64,000 nucleotides of DNA from Eledone cirrhosa (GCA_964016885.1 OZ024740.1:90024001-90088000), one strand, 5' to 3'. Positions 1 to 12,918 are shown, numbered from the stretch's first letter. Numbers and translations are program-made. The notes: generated by a model not told the origin, from the letters alone.

Positions 1-364
1 GCAGTGAACCAGTGGCCGCTGAGGGACGAGCTGCTAGAAAGGGCAGCCCAAAACCACTCAGAGAAGTGTGCTCAACCAAATAGAGAGATAGGGAAGACTG
101 TTATAAGGAGCGAAATATCACGCTAAATTAACGGAGGCATATGCCCTCGTCGTTCCCTGTAAATAATGTGCTCAAAGGAGAATAAATCCTGAGCTCTTTA
201 AAATCCAATATGTTGAAAAGGTAACACACCAGAGATAGATATACAGTGCGCTATCAATAAAACAGGGCAAAAACCACCAGTATATGGAATCTATAACCTA
301 TGAACGGCAGACGATAATTAAAGATATAAATTAAAGCGTAAATAAATACCTCTATAACTATATA

Positions 365-446
365 ACACACGTACAAATCCAAAGAGATCTGATTCGACAG
401 GAATTTGTTGACAGAAATGGAATAACCCGGGTTCCTCAGCGTGTGT
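365..446 (-). ncRNA. Type I hammerhead ribozyme motif, degenerate (GAAT instead of GAAA)
   Basis: Minus strand: acacacg-CTGAGGA-stem II region-GAAT-cagatc/tctttg/gatttg-TA-cgtgtgt; 7-bp stem I, 6-bp stem III. Confidence 0.72.
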
Positions 447-907
447 AAGGCTATACCTTTCAGACAACACTAAGAGAATTTTAAAATTGACTGTCCAGCT
501 ACACGTGGGACAGAGAAGTCACAGCGTGTTTAAGGGCAGTGAACCAGTGGCCTCTGAGGGACGAGCTGCTAGAAAGGGCAGCCCAAACCACTCAGAGAAG
601 TGTGCTCAACCAAATAGAGAGATAGGGAAGACTGTTATAAGGAGCGAAATATCACGCTAAATTAACGGAGCCATAGGCCTTCGTCATTCCCTGTAAATAA
701 TGTGCTCAAAGGAGAATAAATCCTGAGCTCTTTAAAATACAATATGTTTAAAAGGTAACACACCAGAGATAGATATACAGTGCGCTATCAATAAAACAGG
801 GAAAAAACCACCAGTGTATGTAATCTATAACCTATGAAAGGCAGACTATAGACACGATTATTAAAAATATAAAGTAAAACCTAAATAAATACGTCTATAA
901 CTATATA

Positions 908-989
908 ACACACGTACACATCCAAATAGATCTTTTTCTCCAGTGATGTGTTGATAGAAATGGAATAACCACGGTTCCTCAGCGTGTGT
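908..989 (-). ncRNA. Type I hammerhead ribozyme motif (stem III mismatched)
   Basis: Minus strand: acacacg-CTGAGGA-a ccgtggt...atcactgg a-GAAA-aagatc/tatttg/gatgtg-TA-cgtgtgt. Confidence 0.72.
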
Positions 990-1180
990 AAGGCTATAGA
1001 TTTCAGACAACACTAAGAGAATTTTAAAAGTGACTGTCCAACTACACGTGGGAGAGAGAAGTCACAACGTGTTTAAGGGCAGTGAACCAGTGGCCTCCGA
1101 GGGACGAGCTGCTAGAAAGGGCAGCCCAAAACCACTCAGATAATTGTGCTCAACCAAATAGAGAGATAGGAAAGACTGTT

Positions 1181-2217
1181 AGGTCTGGACCTAACCAGAC
1201 ACCGAGCAATTTCACCGGTCCTTTCGTCCAGCGTCCAACAACTATGTCGGAAGGTATGGGTTTTCCTCTCCATGTGCCGAGTTGCAAACCGACAGACTTG
1301 TTTGGGTTTAGTATTGCTCCTGTCAAAGTTTCGTATTCCTGTAAATTGTTGCCGATTACCCTGATTTCCGAGGTTTTCGACACCATTACGGTTATGTCGT
1401 CGGCATAGGTTGACGCTGCTTTCCGCAGTCCAAATTCGATCGGGATGCCCTGCAACAGCTCCAATTTCCGCAGTAACAGCTTGAGATTCAGTACAGAATG
1501 GAGGAGAGAGGGCATTCCTGGCGGATAGAACGCATGATTTGGAATGGCTCTGAAAGGTAGCCATTCACCTTGACTGCCGGGTAGATGCTGGTGTGCATGG
1601 CAGTGATCCAGCTTCTGAAGACGGGACTGAAGCCGGCCGCATTGAGAACTGCTTCCAAATATTGATGGTCGACCCTATCAAATGCCTTAGACTGATCTAA
1701 ATTGATCAGTGCCCCACCAAAGCCAGGTTTACACGCCCTCTATTATCACAAGCTGCTACATAGTCCCAACGTGCGTCTAAGATGCCATTCCATTCCCCCG
1801 CTAACACTAAGGAGCGAGACGTTCCCAGGAATGGCTCCAAATGCTTCAAGAACTCTGGTCGAGAGTTCCCAGTCGGGGCATATAGGGCCACCAGTCTGAA
1901 AGCTCCACCTTCACTACCATTCACGTCCATGACCACCAGGCTGACCTCCGGGTCCAGGAGAATCGTCTGTATTTTGAGATCGAAGTTTTTTTCGAAACAG
2001 AACAGCAACTCCCCCTCCACCTCCTGGCTGACAGAGAGATGCGTAGATCTCAAAATCATCGAACATGGGGTATAGCTGCTGCTTGTCGTGAATTCTGGAC
2101 TCGTTGATGGCTATCACATCTATAGAATGTGACCTGAGATCATTTAGAAGCTGGCCTTGTTTCCAGGACATGCCCAGGCCACGTACATTCATCACATCCA
2201 ACTTGTATAGTCGCCAT
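1181..2217 (-). pseudogene. Tx1 ORF2 remnant (APE N-terminus fused to RT core)
   Basis: NVRGLGMSWKQGQLLNDL, FRLVALYAP, LDQSKAFDRVDH, YADDITV, KLLGVWLGPDL; frameshifts; about 1.2 kb missing at ~1735. Confidence 0.92.
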
Positions 2218-2259
2218 GTTGGTGAAGAAGAGTTAAGGAGAGAAAAGGCAGGAACACTT

Positions 2260-4206
2260 ACCTTTTCGTTTCCTGGAGGTCGGGTTGTTCGATCTCCATA
2301 TCCAGATTGATGGTGTTTGGGGAGGGAGGGAATCCTTTTAGCAGGACATAGTCAAGGGGCTTTTAGCAAAGGGGGCCCACATCATGTGGGATGTTCTCTT
2401 TTAAAGTTTCATACTGTAGGCTTGTTAGCCTGATAAGTTTGAGGTTTGGAGGTGGGTTGTTGGTAGGGAAGGTTTTCCCTTCCGTTTGTATTTTGGGGTC
2501 CTTTCGGACAGTTTTCACCAGTTCTTTCTTTCTTGTTTTTATGTATGTGTAGTGTGTTTTGTTTTTTTGTGTATACTGTTTCTGTTTGTAGTTTTCTTTT
2601 TGTGGTTGGGGTTTGTGATTGTGGTGGTGTGGGTGTTTGTTTTGTTGGTGAAGTGTTTGGTTGTGTTGGTGGTGATTTTGTTGTTGGTGTGTTTTTTTGT
2701 TTTTTCGGCGGTATGTTTATGGTGCGGTTGGGTGTGAGCGTGTTTTCTGTAAATGTTTTTGTGTCTTTTTTGTGTCTTTTTTTGTTTTGGGGGATTTTGG
2801 GGGTTCCTCTTCATTCTCACTGAATCAGGGTAGATGGGAGGGCTATGTTTTGTGGTGGAGTGTTTGTACAGGTGTTTGTGGCAGTATTTAACAGGGGGAG
2901 AAGAGGCAATGAAGGGTTTTTCGGTGGGATTGTCTGTGTGTGGTTGTCTCTGGTCTGTGGTGGTGTGGGAGTGGATGTTGCAGGTGTTTGTGTTGTGTTT
3001 GGTTTGGAGGGTTGAAGTTGGGGTTTTGGTGTTGGTAATAACAACTTGTTTGTCCTCGGTTTATTTAAGAGAGGGCGAAAGGCCTTTAAGTGTGTAGTTT
3101 TCCCACACTTATAGCACTGAGGTCATTTCCCCTCCACTAAAATGGAGATGACATCTTCCTCAAGGACGATACTCTCCGGTATTTTCTCAACTCTCTCTGG
3201 CCTCATTTGTAACAGAACCTCGATGCAGGTTCCAAAACAGTTATGCCGGTCTGTCCTGTCTACAGATAGGATGGTGTCCTCATCCTTCTTCAGGATGCAG
3301 CGTAGGATCCACCATATGTTGACCTCTGCTGGCATCCTGGTTATTTTTATTTTGTAGGATCTTCTTCCCATGTATGTGGGGAAGAAGATGTGTTGATCCG
3401 TTTTTGGGGTGAACCGAGTGTGTTTGTGCCAGAGTTTCGCTCTTAAAGAGCACTGACACACTTCCATACTGGTTACCTCTTTGGAGGTATGCCACATCTG
3501 GTTTGATGTATTTTAGTGCAGCTTCGATAGTGCTTGGTGGGAGCGTTATGGGTTTTTTGGTAGTGATGTCAACTGTTCGATAAATTAGCTTCTTTTTCTG
3601 TGTCATTTCTCTTACTTGTGGGGGTATGTGTATGTGTGGGGTGTCTCCCTCAAACGTCACATAGTTGGAAGCTTCTTCCAAATATTGGGACTTTGGGGAA
3701 ATGTCCATGGAGTAGTATTTAAAATCCTGTTGCTTAGCAACTGTTGTTGCAAATGAAATTGTGTTATTGTTGTTGTTGGTGGTGATGATGGTCTCATTCG
3801 TTGTGTTGCCACTGATTCCTTTTGTTGTGTTGTTGTTCTCATTTATTGTGTTTTTGTTGTTGGTTGTGGTGGTATTAGTGTTTGCTACACATACTTCCTT
3901 CTGTGAGTGGATACATGTGACGTTTGTGACGTCAGGCTTGTTCAGTTGCTTACAAGCAGCTGGAGCTTGTTCCTCTTCTAAATGTTGAGGCGATAATGTT
4001 GGCATTCCTTTGTCCATGTCTGGAAATACCTGCTGGTCAAGTAGACATGGCTTTCCCTCCCCATCTTCTTGTTTTGACAAAAAAGTAGATGCCATTGCTT
4101 CAGCCATTTTTGGAAAATTGAAGTGTTTTGCAAACATTTTTTTAGAAAATATTTTGGATGTTTTTGCCCTGAGGGGCACGATATTTTGAGAGACTGACGA
4201 GTTCAA
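2260..4206 (-). pseudogene. Tx1 ORF1 remnant (gag-like, zinc knuckle)
   Basis: ORFs 3280-4206 and 3123-3497 align with ORF1 of the intact copy (YRTV, RGNQYGSV, ILVEGK*PQCYKCGKTTHL). Confidence 0.82.
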
Positions 4207-4321
4207 AATTTGACCTGTCTGTTCCTCTACAAATTTGTATAAAAATAAAAGTTCACAATGACGAATTTCTAAAGAAATTTAAACAAAAGTTACCGAGCAA
4301 ATTTAACACGTGTCCATCCAA

Positions 4322-4390
4322 GAGATAGATAGATAGAGATAGATACATAATAGATAGATAGATAGATATATATATAGAGATAGATAGATT

Positions 4391-4426
<36 letters not shown>

Positions 4427-4455
4427 TATAGATAGATAGATAGATAGATAGATAT

Positions 4456-4492
<37 letters not shown>

Positions 4493-4513
4493 AAAAATGG
4501 ATAGAGAGAGAGA
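4322..4513. repeat. (GATA)n/(GA)n microsatellite
   Basis: Direct reading. Confidence 0.97.
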
Positions 4514-5120
4514 CATCTAAATTGCTATTAAAATGCATCCCTATAATTTGATCTGTTGAGTGCCTTGCTTGGCCGAACAGGGTACTTATATTTTTGGAAT
4601 CTAATTTGCCTTTACAGCCATGTCCTGTCATGCTGTTGTTAAATCGCTAGTAGTTTCTGGATACCCGACATTATGGATCCCTTATCCGAGGAACTAAATG
4701 GATTTTCAGTTATTTATTTTAATGAGGGATGCTGAGGAAAACCTTTCTTCTAGTTTTAGAATTATTAATTTATAATAATTATAAATAGCTAAGGGCTCAT
4801 AAATCCCTAACGAGTACAAGATTAATTAATAAATATATTTGATATTTGAATAAAATCATATGTATCAAAAGATAAATATTTCTAGTTAGTTTCATCAAGA
4901 AACATAAGCAGACATAGGTTGGGTGAGATACAGAGGGGGATGAATTCCTGGGACAAGCGTATTTTATCAGTAGTGATTAATTATTTCGAAACAGTGTTGT
5001 TCCACCAAGTCGGAAGGAAGTGACAATAAATTCACGTGTCAAACTAGGGGATATATCGAGGTAAATCGTAGTAAAAAAACAACAACGAGAAAGACGTAAA
5101 TCAAACGACTTACAAATAAT

Positions 5121-5299
5121 TGTTTCTACTTTTGGCACAAGGCCAGCAATTACCCACTGTATTACTGGTATTTTATTTTATAGACCCCGTAAGGATGAAA
5201 GGCAAAGTTGACCTCGGCGGAATCTGAACTCAGATAATACAGGGACGTAACTCTATGCTTCAAGGCATGGTATCCGACTCTCTACCGATACTGCCAATC
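5121..5299 (-). mobile_element. tRNA-derived SINE with 19-bp TSD
   Basis: A-box-like tggcagtatcggtaga, B-box-like gagttcagattcc, core gccgaggtcaactttgcctttcatcc; caaacgacttacaaataat at 5102-5120 and 5300-5318. Confidence 0.9.
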
Positions 5300-7234
5300 C
5301 AAACGACTTACAAATAATGATGGGAAGTTAATAAAAGTATTATATAAAATTGGGCAGTGGTAGAGTGACAACAGACTATGGGACGATATGTTTTGTATTG
5401 GAATTACATGGTTTCACCTCCACGTAAATTAATGCTTTCCTATTTGAAGTAATCCTGTATATGAAGTTAATGAAACATTCTACACGAGTATTTTAAATGA
5501 TAAAGAATAGATGAGAATATAATACAGAGCTCAGACATGAAGGCACATTACATGATGTGTTCAGTAGAAATAAATTGATTAATATCTGTCATTTAAATCT
5601 TGAAATAGAAGGCAGGATTTGTTCCATTAGTTACATTAGATTCATTGTTCTTTCAAGTGGCTGCGCATATCCCGATAAATGAGCCACCTACACGCATCAA
5701 TCACTAGTATAGGGATAACGGATGTTGCCATTCTGCAAACGTCATAATACGTAGGTTTGATATATAAATAATCATCATAATCTAATCTACACCGATTACG
5801 ACCTCATTTCGTAAGCCGCCATCTTAATCCCTTCAGTTTGGCTCTTGAATTACTCTCTTAACTTCTACCACGTAAATTACATTCTCCATTTCTATTTCTT
5901 TTCAATGCCATTCATCAGAAGCTCTGGTGCATATTTACCTAGGAAACTGCTGGAAAGGCAGAAAGAAATGTTTTTCTTCTTTTAATATGAAAACCGTATT
6001 TACGTATCTGTGTTTATGAGTCTGCACATCTATATGTATATATGTGATTTTGTGGTAGGTATGTGTGTGTATTTGCATATGCGTGTGTTGCAACACAGAG
6101 TGTGCATGTTAAATAGCAATGTAAATAGCAATGCATCAAATTCGAAAGTTTCATGAATACCTACTCGGCTCTTGCCGTTTACATGAATATCATGCGTTGC
6201 TGAATACAGCTGAATGAAGAACTTTCTAGAGAGAAGACAAAACTTGTAGGCATGAAAATCAAATTTTGGAAGAGAGAAACTGTGATATGTGTATCTAACC
6301 CTATTTGTAAACTTCAATTTAAGGATCTTATGAAACAGAATTACTTTAATAACATTATTTTGTCAAATAACTATCTTTATGTTCTTTCAAAATTTGCAAT
6401 TTAATCAATAATTATTTACAAACATAATGAAATCATTTCATTTCCCTTATGTCAATCTGGTTTGCTACAAATGCAGCAAATTATGAATCGAAATGGCAGT
6501 AAATATGTTCTCTTCGTTTTCAATAACTAATTACGCAATCTCAGATGCATTGGAGAAATGCGATTGAAATGCGATGTGAAACACCATTCTGTCGCTATGT
6601 TATTAAGCCGTCTCAGCGTATTTGAACTACAGACAGAGAGTCATGATTTATTTCTTCATTCATTACATAGAAAGTATTATTCTTTATATGAAATATCCCT
6701 AACAATGCAAATATCCATTATTATCATATTTCCTAAATGGAATATCAGGAGAAATTATAAATTGGATATGTTAAGCATTATACGTGGAAATGGAAGTTTT
6801 GGAAATTACTGTTAGGCGATACACTTCAAAAGATATTTTACTCTTAGCAATTCATTTGCTAATTCATCTAATCATGCTTAGCATGAATTTCCTAACATTA
6901 AATAAAGAATCCTACTTTCATGCAAACGTAAAAGCTGAATAATATCATTTTAAAATAATTCATGTCGTAAATTTGTATAAACATTTTAAATGTCAAATAT
7001 AGTGAATAGTCACTCTTTGCAACAATTGTCAAATACTGACAATGTTTCCAAAATTCTAGTTATCTAGTAAGCCATTTCAAACATATATTCAATCAACAAT
7101 TAATAATTATACGGGATATAATATAATACATTTGATGACAGGACCATTTTTGACATACCAGTTTCAATGGATTTATAATACAAATATGCTAAAATTACAG
7201 TGTTAACATATAAATGGATGATGTATACACACTT

Positions 7235-7450
<216 letters not shown>

Positions 7451-7580
7451 AGAAGTTATATATAATTTGTTGGGATACAACAAGCAAATATTGTTATAAC
7501 TGATATAAAGCACTCAACACATTTTTGGAGTAAAAATACAATATATTAACAAATGGAAACTATATTTATAAAACCATATT

Positions 7581-7645
7581 TATTTCATTATACATATTTC
7601 AAGGAAACCAAAGCAAATTATGGTGCGCTTTCATCAGATAAAATA
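7581..7645 (-). ncRNA. Type I hammerhead ribozyme motif in a PLE-type terminal repeat
   Basis: Minus strand: tattttat-CTGATGA-aag..acc/ggt..ctt-GAAA-tatgta-TA-atgaaata. Confidence 0.72.
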
Positions 7646-7699
7646 TAATTTAGATCAGTTTTATAAACAAATATTGACATACCCTTAAAAATGTGACCA

Positions 7700-9039
7700 T
7701 GTCGGTTGGAAGATAATAGTAGCCACCAACCACTCTAGCGTAGACTTCTTAGACATTATATTTAGACCTTCGCACACACACCCACATACCCTTCCATAAG
7801 CTAAACGAGAAACTTAATTACATTCACAAGGACTCATATCACCCTCCCACTGTTTTTAGAAACTTCCTTAAGAATATCAGCACTAGAATCTCAAACCTCT
7901 CCTCTAATAAGACTATATTTGACAGGGCGGCACGCTACTATAACACAGCGTTGGCTAACAGCGGCTTCTCACAACCTGTCACCTACTCTCCCACTAGCAA
8001 TAACACCATTAAGAAAAGTAAGCGCATCAATAGACAAACTATCTGGTTCTCTCCTTCCTTCTCACTCAACGTTAAAACCAATGTAGGAAAACAATTTCTA
8101 GCCCTCTTAGATAGACACTTCCCCATAGGTCATAAATACCGCTCCATCTTTAACCGACACAAATTTAAACTAGGATACTCCTGCGCTAAGAACATAAAGG
8201 CCCACATCATCAGAAGCCCTAGGAGCAACACCCCACCAGGGTGCTCTTGCCGTAAGCCTGAAGCTTGCCCCCTTCAGCAGCAATGCAACACACCAGCTGT
8301 AATCTATGAAGTTGTGGTCACTTCCAACCTACCAAACGAACCACAGGAGGTCAAATCCAATGTGGGCATGGCGCAGGGCCGATTCAAGGAGCGTTTCCTG
8401 AACCACCAGTCTACGTTCATATACCCGGACAGACGTTCATCCACGAAACCCGCGAGCCACGTATGGTCCCACAAGGATTCAAGTATAGACTACTGCATTC
8501 AATAGAAAGCCATCACTAAGTCAAAGCCATACGCAAGGGGAAATCCGAGGTGTGGCTTATATATTGACGAACAAATAACTATCCTAAAGAGATTACACAA
8601 TAGTGATTGCCTAAACACGAAAGGTGAATTTTTCACACGTTGTCCACACGTCACCAAACATCTATTGCATAACTACAAGGTTTCGGACTGATTTTTTGTA
8701 ATTTTATTTTTAATTTTTTTATTTTATTTTCAACCTTAAACCTTTCCGGACTTTCGCAGTTATCTCCCTTACACCTCCCGCACGCAGTCTAGTATTGCTT
8801 GTGTGAAGTGGCCGAGTTTCTGCGGATGCGCCTTCGTACGGTTTCCTTCCTGTTGCTATAACCATACACATGCCGAGCTGAAGATCCGCGAAGGTGAAAC
8901 AATTGTTCTCGGTATGGTGAACTAACTGTTGTGTAACCTCTTCTATATAGATATATATATATATTATAAAGAATCGGGTGCACCGACTCAATATAACATA
9001 ACAATATTCTACAACCCCAATTATCGAGTACACTGTTGA

Positions 9040-9040
<1 letters not shown>
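7700..9040 (+). mobile_element. 5'-truncated Penelope-like element (RT thumb/linker, GIY-YIG, pLTR)
   Basis: IWFSPSFS..NVGKQFLALLDRHFP, CSCRKPEACPL..C, VIYEV...NVGMAQGRFKERFLNH; HHR downstream; ends in (TA)n. Confidence 0.9.
8869..8916 (+). ncRNA. Minimal type I hammerhead ribozyme with palindromic stem III
   Basis: catgccgag-CTGAAGA-tccgcgaaggt-GAAA-caattg-TT-ctcggtatg (9-bp stem I). Confidence 0.9.
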
Positions 9041-9098
<58 letters not shown>

Positions 9099-9117
9099 AA
9101 TGTATATATATATATAG

Positions 9118-9163
<46 letters not shown>

Positions 9164-10074
9164 ATATGTTTAATATAATAGTGGTTTAATATAATAGAAA
9201 TCTGAGATTTATTGTACAATTCTCTTGATATTCACAAATTCGGTGCTCTTAATTTGCCACTTCATTTTAAAAGGGATTTAAGAAATAATTGAAAATAAAT
9301 AATCTTGAAAATGTGTACGCTATTGTTCTAGGAAATATTTAAATATCGTGTTATAAATGCAACAATAATTTAGAAGAGCATACTTTCAAGAAGGTGAATA
9401 CAAATTTATTTACTTGCTTGTATTTCTCATTCACGTTTCCTGATATGCCGACAATGCTGTCATCAGCAGCTGTGTATATAGAAGGCTGCACGTAGTTTAA
9501 CGAAGTATGTTATGTCATATTATTCGATTTTCTTAAAATTAATTGTTAATTTATTTCAAATATATGCATACTATCTTGCATGCTGTTTGTCTCTGTTTAT
9601 CAAGAGAAAACAATATTATACTCATAAAAATATTTAGCAAAATGCCAATATTTATAACGCTGTGAATGACAAACATATAAGTTATTTTAAGTTTCTAAGT
9701 AATAAAAATGACGGTGGCTAAATTGGAATGTGCTTGTTTTTAAGAGAGACTTTAATTTTCAAAGCTGATTGATGTGTTAAAACTCTTTCTACCCTTAAAT
9801 ACGAAAATGAAATAAGGTTTTTGAAAATTGTTAAGTCATAAGTCTGTGATAACTGCATGAATCATTATATATACTTTTACTATGAAGAAATTAATGCTGT
9901 TGATAACATGATGGTTGGAATTTACATGCCTGTTTTTACATATATTTTATCTATCCCCCTACAAATATATTTATGATTAATTATAGAATATGAATTAAAA
10001 TATATCTCCTAATGATGAAATTGTTGATTTTTACTTTCAAGGTTTGAATTTACGAAATTCATTTAATATTAACG

Positions 10075-12419
10075 TTTAGTAGAGAATAGTATATTTAGAG
10101 GTTGTAATGTTGCCACGAGGAACTTGGTTTGGTAGAAAGATATGATAGGCATATCGACAACGACTTTAGCTTGGTTTTACATTATTTATTAACAGAGGTT
10201 GAGCTGGCATGCCAAGAGAAATAAAATAATTCAATTAAGATTACAAAAGAAAATACGGTCGACTGGATGAGGCGTTTAGCCAATTCCGTAGTAAAATTGT
10301 TGTGTCGTTACATATTGTTTGTGCTGGCGGAGCAACAGAACAAGTGTTGTTTACCTTAGCACGGCCTAGCTGGAAGTGATAGCGTCCTCAAATCTTTGCG
10401 GGCTATTTCTCCCTCAGAACGCGTACGGATACATCCTCTTATACTGGCGCTGATTGGCTGAGCTGAGCCAAATCACGCACAGAGAATGTATGTGAGCCCG
10501 CGGAATGTAGGTCACTACATCACATCCGAGCAGATTTTTAGCCGAAAATCGTTAACGATGAAGCCGAGGACCCTCAGATTATTGAATCAGCAAGAACAAA
10601 TGCTGAAAGAGCACATCAGTGAAAGAATAATTGAGCAGAAAGATACATGCAAGAAAAAAAATGAGGCGCGACAGGCCGTGTTGAGCCGCTGTCAAATGAC
10701 TAGCTGTTTTGTAGTTTATACGTGACCACCAAAGGTCTACCAGAAAACAGATAAAGTCTGACATGAGCGAAGTTGCTGTTCTTGCATTAAATGTTAATGG
10801 TAAGTGTTGTACCAGTAGCTGTGGACGAAGCTATTACGGTAGTTTACCAGTGTTGGCAAGAAGATGATGGGTAGGCGAGAAAATGTTGGCCTCCCAGATG
10901 TATTGCCGAATGTGCTAGGGAGCCAGGAAAAAATGGCTGGTTGCTTTGAAAAGAAAAAAAAGCAAGTTGAATCTGTAGGTGGGTTGCAGTTCTATAATTC
11001 GGGCGAATCCACAGAAGTGTTGAAAATGCTGACAAGTCCATTTTTATTTGTTGTTTTCCCGGTGAGCTGGGTAAGATAACAAGATAGGTTGTTATGGACG
11101 ATGAGTGTGCAACGAAATGCGAAACTGTTTGAGTTCAGCTGCAATTAGCATACTCGTGTTGCGGTGCAGGTGAATTAAGCTGCAAGTGTCGATAGCATAG
11201 TTTGATACCTCCAGAAGGTGAAAAGGGATGTCGCAGAATATTACGACGCTTGAAGATCATACGGTTTTCATATTAAAAGAAGAAAGAAAGAATTGTTTCT
11301 TATCTTTTAACAAAAAGTTCGCTTCTTTTTTCTTTGGGAACGCTCTTACTAGGGAGCTAGTAGAGTTGTTGTTAAAGCAAAGTCACAATGAATCTTCTGA
11401 AGAGTAGAAGTTGAGCGTTGAAGAACCCAGAGTCACCGATATGGCAGCCACGTCTGACGCCATAATGGTGAGAAAACTAATGTCTTAATTTCCCGAGGCC
11501 TTGTGGTAATGAGACAGAAGGTACGGTGGTTGCGTCGGTAAAGTTACAAGCCGTTCTCTAGTGTTGGTTAATAGTTAGCCATGTGTTGCTGCTGATGGGT
11601 GGTACTTGGTGGTAGCCGTTTTGAAATGTCCTCGTGGCGTAAAGTTTTTGAAATACTGCTAATTTTTTTTCCAAAAATTTTCTAAAGAAAATTTGAAAAT
11701 ATTCTAAAGAAAAAAAATTATTTTCCATGATGGCCGATCGGAAAATGTGCCTGTGATAAAGAAGCCGTCATGTGGCACGATGCAGCCAATCAAATGGCTG
11801 TTATTGAAGAAGACAAGCAGTACGCGGGAAAACAAAATGTTTAAGTCTCCATTTGTAATTTTAACAGAAGGTTGAAAGCAAAATTCTATATCCAGAGAAA
11901 TTCTTTTTTTTTTTGTGTTGTATTTTTCTGTTCGTCTGTATGCGTGATTTACTAGTGTCACTATGAAAGTTATGACAGAAATATTGTGCAGGCCGCGTGC
12001 TTCGTTAAGCCACTCCACATAGCCATATAAACGAATGGCGAATTAAAAATAGGCTGCGTTTTCATACTTAATCGTCGAAGGACGCCAATTTGGTTGGGAG
12101 TATATTGTCACCATTTTTAGAGGAGAAGTATTTAGAGAGTAGTAATATCGCCAGGAGGAACCAGGTTTGGTAGAAAGATATGATAGGAATATCGACAAAG
12201 ATTTTAGGACGCTATCACTTGTGCTGGCGCAGCAAAAGAACAAGTGGTGTTTACCTTAGCACGGCCTAGCTGGAAGTGATAGCGTCCTCAACTCTTTGCG
12301 GGCTATTTCTCCCTCAGAACGCGTACGGATACATCCTCTTCTACTGGCGCTGATTGGCTGAGCTGAGCCAAATCACGCACAGAGAATGTATGTGAGCCCG
12401 CGGAATGTAGGTCACTACA
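10075..12419 (-). mobile_element. Non-autonomous LTR element (TRIM/LARD-like), LTRs ~10075-10519 and ~12115-12419
   Basis: Direct repeats start TGTAGTGACC on minus strand; PBS-like TGGTGAC follows the 5' LTR; aacg(t) duplicated at 10071 and 12420; no recognisable internal ORF. Confidence 0.75.
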
Positions 12420-12874
12420 AACGTATAAAAATATATTATCTGTGTAGTCGATAATATGAATGATTAACAATATTAACGCTGTAGTAATTTATCTTAATCA
12501 CTGTTTTATTTACATGCGTATATCTAAGGGACTTTGAGATATTTTCTTCCTTATGGAATTGTTTAAATGATGTAATAGAGATATGGAAACGATTTCATAT
12601 TATGGAATGTTTACATCTTATTTAAATCTGTAAAAATTGAAATGAAGTGTATGAGATGCTGATTTGAAAAAATTCACATAGATGTGTCTATCTGATTGTA
12701 CATCAAGATAAACACATAAATATATGTGCAAATAAAACAACGAAACACATCAAACAATTAAGTATAATGAAGACATATTTTTCACGTTCACGAAAGAATA
12801 TAAATAAATAAATGAATAATTGGTCTAACATATAGGACGTTAGAGTTCATCAGTAAAAAATTAATGTTTGCATG

Positions 12875-12918
<44 letters not shown>

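Larger units (their letters stand above)
1..1180 (-). repeat. Tandem array of ~540-bp units (2.2 units visible, continues beyond left edge), one hammerhead motif per unit
   Basis: gcagtgaaccagtggcc...ctagaaagggcagccc recurs at 1, 536 and 1079; no meaningful ORF; abuts the truncated Tx1 RT at 1181. Confidence 0.92.
1181..4321 (-). mobile_element. Degenerate Tx1 (L1-clade) non-LTR retrotransposon, 3' part missing, internal ORF2 deletion
   Basis: ORF1 and ORF2 remnants homologous to the intact element at 26028-32060; 5' end abuts a (TATC)n tract. Confidence 0.92.

Noticed and set aside
9425-9470. Minus-strand CTGATGA...GAAAcgT
   Set aside because: No stem I partner and G at the cleavage position; probably chance
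11380-11470. gag-like start MASDVAAISV inside the LTR element
   Set aside because: Short, closed by a stop, and overlaps a repeat also present at 5790-6000
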